45,078 bases of DNA from Promethearchaeota archaeon (lineage in GTDB: Archaea > Asgardarchaeota > Hermodarchaeia > Hermodarchaeales > Hermodarchaeaceae): assembly GCA_048938385.1 (NCBI GenBank), contig JBHLMG010000020.1, positions 1 through 45,078 on the forward strand, written 5' to 3'. The position numbers and the translations under genes were made by a program. A model generated the notes under the pieces. That model worked only from the letters and a program-made list of their open reading frames with translations, was not told the DNA's origin and made no database searches. This document shows positions 19,596 to 27,683 of the stretch, piece by piece (position 1 is the first letter of the stretch; each line of letters begins with the position of its first letter).

Positions 19596-20630
19596 GTGGA
19601 TGTTGAGGTAAAGAATAGGCTACGGATGCGGTTGCGGAGTCATCGGCGTAATCTGCGACGCCATCTTCACCGCGCCTCTGCGTTTTTGGTCAAATGTCAG
19701 ATTCGAGAACCATATGTTGTACGAGGATTGTTGCGGGGAACGGTTTGTCCATGGGAGATTGGAGTGATGGAACCGTATGGGTTTACTCTGCAAGAAGACT
19801 TTCACGATACCTTGGAAGCTATGTGGGTCTGGACCTACTACACAAAGGTTTCAAAACGACCCACCTTTGTTGAGAACATCCAGGCGGGTTGGAAGTATGT
19901 GACGGCGAATTTTGAGCGTTTCGTGCCAACTAACCAGGCTATACAAGGGTATTATGATTGCGCTCAACTGCTCCACACGAGCACTCTTTATGATGATGTC
20001 TTTGCAGACAAGTCGTATCGTCGGTGGATGGATATCGCGGGCAATCGTCTAGCTTGGTACCTCTCTACGCTTCGACCAGCTAGGGGTCGAGAATACTCAG
20101 ATCCGTGGTGGATGACAGTCTGCCTGGCTGGTGCGGCAAAGCAAGTGGGTAATCATGGGTGGAAAGAGGTCGCTCAACAGTTTGTGAACAGGACGATATT
20201 GAGGAGCAAGCAGCCTTTCCGGCTAATCGAGAAGGAGCCACGGCATCGCGGGCCAGGAGGACACGACTTCTTTTCTCAGAACGCAACGAAGATTCAGGCT
20301 TTATTAGCCTGTACCCCTACGAAGGAAGAGTTAGAAGATTTGTTGATCAACACGATCCTACCCCTGACTCCAACGCAGTTTGTAGCACGGCGCACCGATG
20401 AAAATGCATGGAATGCCAGCGTTGCGGCAGCGCTCGGAAAGTGTTTTGCTGTGACTCGTTCACCGGAGTTTCTACAACGGTACTTCGCAATTATGGATGA
20501 ACTCCAACAACGGGATGAGCAACAATCAGCTGCGCTCCCACGGGATACTCGGACCCTTGTCCGTGAATCATGGGTCACCTACTTCTACGCCCGCGCTTAC
20601 ACCGCTGTTCTCTCACCCTCAATTCCTTAA
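19596..20630 (+). CDS. Hypothetical protein, probably a helical-repeat (alpha/alpha toroid) enzyme
   Basis: 344-aa ORF with aromatic/acidic loop-helix motifs (EDFHDTLEA, YDCA, DPWW, DENAWN, RESW); no family recognised with certainty. Confidence 0.65.
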   Translation: MDVEVKNRLRMRLRSHRRNLRRHLHRASAFLVKCQIREPYVVRGLLRGTVCPWEIGVMEPYGFTLQEDFHDTLEAMWVWTYYTKVSKRPTFVENIQAGWKYVTANFERFVPTNQAIQGYYDCAQLLHTSTLYDDVFADKSYRRWMDIAGNRLAWYLSTLRPARGREYSDPWWMTVCLAGAAKQVGNHGWKEVAQQFVNRTILRSKQPFRLIEKEPRHRGPGGHDFFSQNATKIQALLACTPTKEELEDLLINTILPLTPTQFVARRTDENAWNASVAAALGKCFAVTRSPEFLQRYFAIMDELQQRDEQQSAALPRDTRTLVRESWVTYFYARAYTAVLSPSIP

Positions 20631-20685
20631 GGAGTTCTTGACTCCCTCAGATGTGGGCTTTAGGGAGATAGATGCAGGCTAGAGT

Positions 20686-21591
20686 TCATTGCTGGTCAGA
20701 TGTGTCGTACTTGTTGTGTGAAGTTCTCTTCCTTTGATGATAATAAATAACGGTGATAATGAAGATTAAGGCAATTATGATTGGAATGATAAGGAGATCC
20801 CGGCTAACTGGTAATTCCATGTCGATCAGCGCTGGTAGCGTTGTCATCAAAGTTCGTGAGTTTAGCACGATTAGTATGCTGCCAACAAGCGTACCTAAGA
20901 GAACCGGAGGTACTCGTTTACATGTGTAGGCGGCAACTGGAGCGGCAAGAATACCACCAATGATTAACGGTATGGTGATGAACCAGAGAAAGTTCTCAAA
21001 GCCCACCGTAAACCCGAAAGTAATGACTATAGCGACGGTAGTGAAGAATTCGGCGATGTTTACTGACCCGATGATAACCCGTGGCTCCCTTTTGTTGGCA
21101 GTAACTAGGGTGGATGTGCATATCGGACCCCACCCGCCGCCACCAAAAGCATCTACGGTGCCCCCGATTAACCCTAAGAACAGAAGGAACCTTTTTGAGA
21201 ATTCGCCTGTATGGAGTGCAATGTGTTTCTTCAAGAGAAACCTAACAAAGATTCTAGCGCCTAGAATTAAGAGAATAATTGCGACAAAGGGGCTAACGAG
21301 TTCATTGGATAGAGTTGCCAAGAAGTACGCCCCGATAATCCCACCAATAATGCCAGTACATGTCAAGGGAATAGCTATTCTCGTCTCGACATTACCGAAG
21401 CGTAAATGCGAGACACCTGAAGCCAAGCTGGCAAAGATTTCAGAAGTATGCACTGAAGCGGACACCAGCGCCGGTAATAACCCAGCAGCAATGAGAAAAG
21501 ATGCCGAGGAAGCCCCATAACCCATTCCTAGCGCGCCATCAATGTATTGAGCGAAGAAGCCGACTATCGCGATGATAATGAATGTCCACAT
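20686..21591 (-). CDS. TauE/SafE (TSUP) sulfite exporter family protein
   Basis: DGALGMGYG, SASVH, DAFGGGGWGP, GSVNIAEF; ATG 21591 with GAGGTGA SD. Confidence 0.92.
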   Translation of the reverse strand: MWTFIIIAIVGFFAQYIDGALGMGYGASSASFLIAAGLLPALVSASVHTSEIFASLASGVSHLRFGNVETRIAIPLTCTGIIGGIIGAYFLATLSNELVSPFVAIILLILGARIFVRFLLKKHIALHTGEFSKRFLLFLGLIGGTVDAFGGGGWGPICTSTLVTANKREPRVIIGSVNIAEFFTTVAIVITFGFTVGFENFLWFITIPLIIGGILAAPVAAYTCKRVPPVLLGTLVGSILIVLNSRTLMTTLPALIDMELPVSRDLLIIPIIIALIFIITVIYYHQRKRTSHNKYDTSDQQ

Positions 21592-21612
21592 ACACAATCA
21601 CCTCGTAATAGG

Positions 21613-21819
21613 TTATTCGGGTTTGTGTTTCCCCTCCCCCACTGGTTTGGGAAGGATGAGGACCCGATTATCCAGGAAGAGGATCCATCGTATTCGGTCA
21701 CCGTCTTTGAGTCCAAGAGCATCCACGATCTCCTTGGGGACCGTGGTTCGCCTTCTCGTTTTACGGATAGTCAAGGTGGTTTCTGTGATGTATTCCACTT
21801 CATCTAGATTGATTTGCAT
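21613..21819 (-). CDS. AbrB/SpoVT/MazE-type DNA-binding protein
   Basis: RTTVPKEIVDALGLKDGDRIRW swapped-hairpin signature. Confidence 0.85.
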   Translation of the reverse strand: MQINLDEVEYITETTLTIRKTRRRTTVPKEIVDALGLKDGDRIRWILFLDNRVLILPKPVGEGKHKPE

Positions 21820-21855
21820 GATATTTTACTCAGAAAAGCGGGTAGGTTAAATACT

Positions 21856-21881
21856 TTGGTTTTATACCAATATATATTGGT
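21856..21881. promoter_or_regulatory. Overlapping palindromes upstream of the AbrB-TauE operon
   Basis: Perfect 16-bp ACCAATATATATTGGT at 21866-21881 overlapping TTGGT-N5-ACCAA at 21856-21870. Confidence 0.55.
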
Positions 21882-22050
21882 TTTTCAATAGATGAGGAAG
21901 ATGCACCATAGGGAAGCCCATTCGTGAAAAGAAGATTTGGGAAAGAAGGCGCGGAGTAGCGCCAACAGAACTGTTGTTCTTACAAACTTTGTATTAACGA
22001 AGGGGGAGAAGCTGAAGAGGGCGCGTCGGCCACACCACAGGCCAGTGTGC

Positions 22051-23241
22051 CTAAGATACCAACTCAATCGTAGTAGCAATGGTAGCTTGGCAGATTTTGG
22101 TCAAGAACTCGAAGTCGAGGGTGTCGATGGTATCGGAAGGTCGGTGGTAATGTTTGGTTCGGAACTCTCCGGAATCAGTGAAAAAGAGGGCAGGAATTCC
22201 AGCGCGCCAGAATGGGGCGTGATCGGACCGAAGTATGTCACCCATGATTTGAGCGGCTTGTTCGTAGCTGAAGGCGCCTTGAAGGCAGGCGTAGGGGAGG
22301 TTGATGGTTTCTCGTCGCGCGTTAGTGCAAAAGGATTCGGCGAGTTCTGCGGAGTTTTGATCACCGATGATTATGAGAAAATCACCGACTGAGAGGGCGT
22401 CGTTGGTTCCGTGGATGTTGAATAGAGAGGGAGAGATCCCTTTGGGAACTCTCTGGGAGTGTTCGTCTTTAGTGGTATAACCAATTGTGTCGTTACAGAG
22501 GACGCCTTTCACGGGTTTCTTGGTACGGAGGGCTTCATCAACCCAGTAACTACTTCCGATGAGGGCAGATTTGCCTGGCCAGTTGTTCACAGTCAAGTCT
22601 TTGTAGATTTTTTCAGTTTCCCGAAGAAACGCTAAATCCGTTTTGGTGAGTTCTTTTTCAATGAGTGCAGTTGCCTGCGCAAACGCAACAGGTAAAGGCG
22701 TCCCGGAAAGGAAGAGTTCTTGGCGCTTTTTTCGATGTTTTCCCAATAGTTTGCTCAAGTGCCAAGAGGTGTACCGACCCCTATCATCCCTAATTCCGTA
22801 TTGGCGTTCAAGGGTTTTCAATTGTAGTTGTCGCCCTGGATGCCCTTCTTCTAGGGTGAAGCTGATGAACCGGGCGTTACCAGACCAACTGGCTTCTTGT
22901 AAGATACGGGCTGACTCCAACATCACAGCGATAGCTGAAGCGTTATCATCGGCTCCTGGTGCTGTCTCAATAGTATCGTGATGGCTGATAACGAGGAGTT
23001 CAGGCTTTGAACCATCTCCAATGCAGCCCTCAATGTTACTGAAGGTTTGGTTGAGACCTTCAAGCTTGAATTCTTGAACATTGGTGCTCAACCCATATTG
23101 TTGGAACTCCTTTAGGATGTAGTCTTCAGCCTGCTTGAGGGCATCAGGTGTTTTCAGCGGATGTCTCACGCCTTCGAGATTCAGTATATGAGTGTAGAGC
23201 TGTTCTACATCCACGGATGCAATGACGGCTTCGATGTCCAA
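22051..23241 (-). CDS. M28 family metallopeptidase
   Basis: SHHD, GADDNAS, FTLEE, NDTIG, SDHAPF, YHRPSD; GGTGA SD before TTG. Confidence 0.9.
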   Translation of the reverse strand: MDIEAVIASVDVEQLYTHILNLEGVRHPLKTPDALKQAEDYILKEFQQYGLSTNVQEFKLEGLNQTFSNIEGCIGDGSKPELLVISHHDTIETAPGADDNASAIAVMLESARILQEASWSGNARFISFTLEEGHPGRQLQLKTLERQYGIRDDRGRYTSWHLSKLLGKHRKKRQELFLSGTPLPVAFAQATALIEKELTKTDLAFLRETEKIYKDLTVNNWPGKSALIGSSYWVDEALRTKKPVKGVLCNDTIGYTTKDEHSQRVPKGISPSLFNIHGTNDALSVGDFLIIIGDQNSAELAESFCTNARRETINLPYACLQGAFSYEQAAQIMGDILRSDHAPFWRAGIPALFFTDSGEFRTKHYHRPSDTIDTLDFEFLTKICQATIATTIELVS

Positions 23242-23346
23242 TACTACTCACCACTAATTATAGTAAAGCCATCAATTTACATTAAAACTATGGAGATTTT
23301 GAGGCAACAGTTTTGCTAACACACCTAGAAACTTCCTCACATTTCT

Positions 23347-24117
23347 TCATGATGTTATAGTTCGCTGATTTACGGTCTGAATTTTAGTTAAGACCCCTTT
23401 GATTTGCTGAAGGATGGGTTCTCCAATCTCATGATTGAGGGTCTTGAAGATGCTGGTCTCGTACTTGTAGACCAGGTGATGGAGTTTGCGGAGGGGCCCT
23501 TTTGGCGTGATGGTTTCATGCCAGAAAAGGCGTCCGGGCTGATTGGTAAGACCAACTTCGTAGGAGAGGTTGATGATGTCGATGTAGGGACACCAGAGAT
23601 CGATATTTTCAAACTGACCTTCACCCGGATACTTCCAAGCAGCTAGTTGGATGTAGAAAGCCCCTGCGGTTCCAGCAATCCATTGATTATGGTGAATATA
23701 ATGTAAAGTCTTGTGGCGAGAGGACTCCCATAATGCGATGATGACATCGATATTCTCTGAGCCATTGAACGGAATGTCGGATTTGGAGGGAACGGGATTG
23801 TATCGTTGTCCACGTCCTTCGGGATGACTGTGAAAAGTGCCTAAGGGCCAATGGACGGTGAGGTAATCCCATGTTCTGCGGACACGATCTGTGCGCTGAT
23901 GGTGGAAATGAACATGGTTCAGAGTTCGCCTTGTTGTTTGCAGTGGAATGGCGAGTTTTACGACGAGCTTGCCAGAGGTGGGAAAATGGTCACCAAATAG
24001 GAGCCCACCGACTTCAGATTTGTACCCTTCAATAGCAGCACTGATTACGCTAATAAAACTGTCAGACGATAAGAGTACATCCAACCTAGCATCACCTGAG
24101 GGAAGCGCTGTGATCAT
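23347..24117 (-). CDS. JAB/MPN+ (JAMM) domain metalloprotease with C-terminal extension
   Basis: EVGGLLFG and LGTFHSHP...PSKSD JAMM signature. Confidence 0.85.
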   Translation of the reverse strand: MITALPSGDARLDVLLSSDSFISVISAAIEGYKSEVGGLLFGDHFPTSGKLVVKLAIPLQTTRRTLNHVHFHHQRTDRVRRTWDYLTVHWPLGTFHSHPEGRGQRYNPVPSKSDIPFNGSENIDVIIALWESSRHKTLHYIHHNQWIAGTAGAFYIQLAAWKYPGEGQFENIDLWCPYIDIINLSYEVGLTNQPGRLFWHETITPKGPLRKLHHLVYKYETSIFKTLNHEIGEPILQQIKGVLTKIQTVNQRTITS

Positions 24118-24123
24118 TTCGTG

Positions 24124-24169
24124 AAAAAATAGGAAAAACGCACGACCCCGAATAAGGTGGTATCGTGCG
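24124..24169 (-). terminator. Stem-loop plus U-tract between the microprotein and the JAMM gene
   Basis: CGCACGA (24139-45) and TCGTGCG (24163-69) arms; on the - strand followed by TTTTTCCTATTTTTT. Confidence 0.6.
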
Positions 24170-24210
24170 ATGGGACACTGGTATTACAAATGGATCGGAC
24201 CAACTAGGTC

Positions 24211-24282
24211 TTACTTCTTAGCTTTTCCTTTGTCCCGACCTTTCTTTTGCTTTGATTCTTTACCCTTTGGCGTTTTTGCCAT
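24211..24282 (-). CDS. 23-aa Lys-rich microprotein MAKTPKGKESKQKKGRDKGKAKK
   Basis: ATG...TAA read manually; GGTGA SD 6 nt upstream; 10 of 23 residues are Lys. Confidence 0.6.
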   Translation of the reverse strand: MAKTPKGKESKQKKGRDKGKAKK

Positions 24283-24674
24283 TGCGGTTCACCGATAATA
24301 CTGGATCTAGTCAATGACGCCTATCATTAACTATCCAATTTTGCGTGACTCATCAACAATGCATTTATCCCTTATTCAGTTCAAGATAGGTCCTGTTTCG
24401 TGTTAGAAATATTAGAAACCGGCGAAAATTAGGCTTATTTTACCAATCTAGTGCAAATTACACAATTCTTACCTTGATTCGACAAATTTGTGTTACTTAT
24501 CGTTAAATGGAAACTTAGAATAACTCGAATAAGGTGTCACATTTTGTACATTGGCGTAATTTCCCATCATTGACTAGTTGAATTTCATGGATGTTAATTT
24601 GCTATTTCTGTCTGTATAATTAGGAACCGAATACTTATCATTGACCACCCATAAGAAGAGCCATTCAAAGATTA

Positions 24675-25532
24675 TTGGAGAGCGCAGCTTTGCCAGAGCC
24701 ATTAGTAGCGATTGTTGGCGGATCAGGTCTGTATTCCCTACTTGAGAGAAGCAAAACCCGTTGGCTATCGACGCCATTTGGTGCCGCAGCACCTATAGAA
24801 CTCGGTGAGATATCAGGCGCCTTGGTCGCTTTCCTGAACCGACATCAGTCGCCTGACCGGAATGTTACAGCTTCACACACCATACCACCACATGCAGTCA
24901 ACTATCGAGCGAACTTGCTCGCGCTTCGCCAGTTGGGTGTACGATATGTGCTCGTTACGACAGCAGTAGGAAGCCTTCGAGAGAAATTACCACCCGGACA
25001 GCTGATAATGCCTCATCAACTCCTAGATTTAACCAAGTCCCGTGCCTCTACTTATTATGATGGAAGCACGGGATTTGAGATTGAAGGAAAACCCGTTTCC
25101 AGAGTTGCTCATATTGATGTGACGAATCCCTTTTGCTCGACCCTTAGGCGTATCCTAATAGATTCTTGTAAGCAGCTTCATTTACGAGCCATCGATTCAG
25201 CGACCTATGCGGCTATGGAGGGGCCACGGTTTGAAACCGCTGCTGAAATTACGATGCTTCGTCAACTGGGGGCAGATATCGTCGGGATGACCTTGGCGCC
25301 TGAAGCGTTCCTTGCACGTGAACTCGGGATGTGTTATGTTGCCTGTTCCGTCGTGACGAACTACGCCGCAGGCCTTGTTAAAACTCCCATCACTCATGAA
25401 GAAACCCTACGGACCTTCAAGAGCCAAATCGAACAGGTTCAAAAAATGCTTAAGCTAGCAATTCAGAACCTACCACCCACTCAATCTGATTGCAATTGCT
25501 ACGAGGTGTGGAAAAGGGCTACTCAAGACTGA
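24675..25532 (+). CDS. MTAP/PNP family nucleoside phosphorylase, probably 6-oxopurine/methylthioinosine type
   Basis: GGSG, RH, PPHAVNYRAN, EGPRFETAAE, VGMT, and C-terminal VTNYAAG (Asn rather than the DYD of true MTAP). Confidence 0.9.
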   Translation: MESAALPEPLVAIVGGSGLYSLLERSKTRWLSTPFGAAAPIELGEISGALVAFLNRHQSPDRNVTASHTIPPHAVNYRANLLALRQLGVRYVLVTTAVGSLREKLPPGQLIMPHQLLDLTKSRASTYYDGSTGFEIEGKPVSRVAHIDVTNPFCSTLRRILIDSCKQLHLRAIDSATYAAMEGPRFETAAEITMLRQLGADIVGMTLAPEAFLARELGMCYVACSVVTNYAAGLVKTPITHEETLRTFKSQIEQVQKMLKLAIQNLPPTQSDCNCYEVWKRATQD

Positions 25533-25690
25533 CCTAGTACTAGCAATAAAAAATTCGAAAAAGTGTAAGGCTCACGCCTTTAAGCCACGCTGTTGAAAAT
25601 CCGTAGAATTGCAAGTGTTTCCTCTCAGTCAAAGTTGCCGAATGCAATCACCATATTAATGTCAGGAGTAGATGGGAGGGAGGTGATTAA

Positions 25691-26671
25691 ATGGAGTTAG
25701 ATGGTTTTAGGACCTTTTTACAAGATCGAAAGCAGGAAGAGAAGGATATTGACGCGGCGATTAGCATTATTGGCGAGTTTAATCGTTTTCTTAGTAATCA
25801 AAAGAAACCGATAGAAAAAGCCTCCTATGAGGATTTGTACAATTTTTCAGAGTATTTAATGGAGAAAGGGAAGAACACATTCGAGAATTTTATAGCCCTC
25901 TTTCGGTTTGGTCAGTTCCAAAAGAACAAGGAAGTAGAAATTGGATCCTTAGAGGTTCTCGATGGTCTCGAAATGATCCCTAACTTTTCAAAACGACTGA
26001 TTGAGGAATTTGGTGAACCTCTGCGGAATGAAATTTTTGAGGAGATCGAAATGCCCCCTTTAGGGATACGACCTCAACAAAAGGTGGAGGTAACTAAAAA
26101 ATTGGTTGAGCGATTTCTTGCAAAAGTAGATTACGAGAGATGTAGAATGTTCTTTGAGGTAGGGTTGCGAGATAAATATACCAAATCCTATGAGAAGCCC
26201 ATTGAGCTGTTTGAAGAAGTAAAGGATATTGATGAGTTTCTACGAATCCGCCATCAAACTCTAGTGAAGAACTTGGAAGAACATCGAAAGGAAGGCACTC
26301 TGTTTTTTACTCAAGAAGTCGATGACGAGGTAATCTCTTATGTTCAACATAATAAATCCATTGAGTCAGGAACCCGGAAGGGTGATCGAGTAATCATTAC
26401 AAAGATCCCGTACCTGACAAAGCAGTTTCTTCACGAAACGAATCCTCGGAAGAAACGGTATAATTTCTGTCACAACCCCTGGATTCGTCATGCATTGTTA
26501 GAGGAAGATCAACCAATTGATCCGGTGTTTTGCGGATGTAGTGCTGGGTATTTCAAAAATTTCTGGGAAGCCGTATTGAAGCAGCCTGTCAGAGTTGAGG
26601 TGCTCAAATCGGTTATTCGAGGAGATTCAATTTGTGAATTCGCCCTACATTTACCTCGAAACTACTGCTGA
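25691..26671 (+). CDS. DUF6144/V4R-like Cys-motif protein
   Basis: CHNPW, FCGCSAGY, SVIRGDSICEF; GGAGGTGA SD. Confidence 0.75.
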   Translation: MELDGFRTFLQDRKQEEKDIDAAISIIGEFNRFLSNQKKPIEKASYEDLYNFSEYLMEKGKNTFENFIALFRFGQFQKNKEVEIGSLEVLDGLEMIPNFSKRLIEEFGEPLRNEIFEEIEMPPLGIRPQQKVEVTKKLVERFLAKVDYERCRMFFEVGLRDKYTKSYEKPIELFEEVKDIDEFLRIRHQTLVKNLEEHRKEGTLFFTQEVDDEVISYVQHNKSIESGTRKGDRVIITKIPYLTKQFLHETNPRKKRYNFCHNPWIRHALLEEDQPIDPVFCGCSAGYFKNFWEAVLKQPVRVEVLKSVIRGDSICEFALHLPRNYC

Positions 26672-26679
26672 AGTACACC

Positions 26680-26832
26680 TCATGTTTGGCGTTTTCGTAA
26701 ACGCCACACAACTACTACCACGATTACAGCACTAATGGTGATAGTTCCACCAATTCCGACTATCAAGAAGTATGGAGGGATGATTGGCGTGGTGAAGAGG
26801 GCAGAGATGCTTAACCCCGCGATAATAGCCAA
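26680..26832 (-). CDS. 50-aa membrane microprotein or orphan C-terminal anchor fragment
   Basis: TTG with AGGAG upstream; MAIIAGLSISALFTTPIIPPYFLIVGIGGTITISAVIVVVVVWRLRKRQT. Confidence 0.5.
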   Translation of the reverse strand: MAIIAGLSISALFTTPIIPPYFLIVGIGGTITISAVIVVVVVWRLRKRQT

Positions 26833-26874
26833 GTTGCTCCTGAATTACATCAATATTACACCCTTATTCCAAGC

Positions 26875-26907
26875 GTTATCTGTTAATTAGATGTGTTTCG
26901 AACTACC
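26875..26907 (+). repeat. Dispersed intergenic element, left-half copy
   Basis: AGCGTTATC with GTTAT at 26875, TTCGAA at 26897 (22-nt offset); closest to the 11055 copy. Confidence 0.5.
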
Positions 26908-26931
26908 ACACGATCTGCACTCTTTTTTTAA

Positions 26932-27513
26932 TTAGGGAAAAAGTGCCCCTACTAGCACAAGCACACCTGCTATGATGAACGCAATTGCTGCAACATATGC
27001 GATGATGGTTGTGCCCAGATATCTTCGAGCGCGTTCGCCGATTATTACTCCAATGCCGTTTACAAGGGCTAAAGCGAGAAAGGCGGCTATGAAGGCAAGC
27101 AAGAGTTGCCCAGTTGTTGCAGCAATCAGGATTACGACGAGTTGCGTTTTATCGCCTAACTCAGCTAGGAAAAGGAGGAGGAAGGCGCGTGCCCAGACAT
27201 ACTTACCCTGCGGTTTGATCGCCTCTTCCTCTTCTTGGTGGCGTCGAGTTTTGTAGATGGTGAAAATGCCAAGAACAACAAACGCGCCCCCTGCCACTAT
27301 CTGAATCAATGAGAGAGGAACAAGGAAGGCAATAAGTGAGCCGGCGATGACGCCAATAGCGGTGACGGTGAGTAATCCTCCCAATACCCCAAGGTAGACC
27401 TGGCCAGGTTTCCCTGTTTCGGCGACAAGCGCAAAGGTAACGAGCTGCGTTTTATCGGCTAGTTCAGCAAGAAGAACCATGAGAAACGCCGTGAGAAAAA
27501 GTGTGGGTAGCAA
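26932..27513 (-). CDS. TMEM165/GDT1 (UPF0016) Ca2+/Mn2+ transporter
   Basis: Two repeats with ELADKTQ and ELGDKTQ. Confidence 0.92.
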   Translation of the reverse strand: MLPTLFLTAFLMVLLAELADKTQLVTFALVAETGKPGQVYLGVLGGLLTVTAIGVIAGSLIAFLVPLSLIQIVAGGAFVVLGIFTIYKTRRHQEEEEAIKPQGKYVWARAFLLLFLAELGDKTQLVVILIAATTGQLLLAFIAAFLALALVNGIGVIIGERARRYLGTTIIAYVAAIAFIIAGVLVLVGALFP

Positions 27514-27637
27514 AGGAAATCACGAATTCGTGTTATTTTCTATATGAGGGAGGGTAGAAGGCAGTGAATGATTTGATATTTGTTGTGGTTTAGTTATTTC
27601 AGTAAGTTTATAATTTAAGTAATCTGAAACTTTAACA

Positions 27638-27653
27638 TTTAGGGTTGCCTAAA
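27638..27653. promoter_or_regulatory. Putative DtxR/MntR-family operator
   Basis: TTTAGG-N4-CCTAAA between a TATA-like TTTATAA (27607) and the FTR1 ATG. Confidence 0.65.
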
Positions 27654-27683
27654 AATATTACAAGACGAACAGGTGTCTAAATC

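Noticed and set aside
21613-21819. Toxin-antitoxin module
   Set aside because: No PIN, MazF or RelE toxin is adjacent; the downstream gene is TauE.
26660-26700. Selenocysteine read-through at Cys-TGA ending the DUF6144-like gene (also the PDO TGA at 38528)
   Set aside because: Both proteins are already complete for their families, no SECIS was recognised, and the downstream frame is not protein-like.
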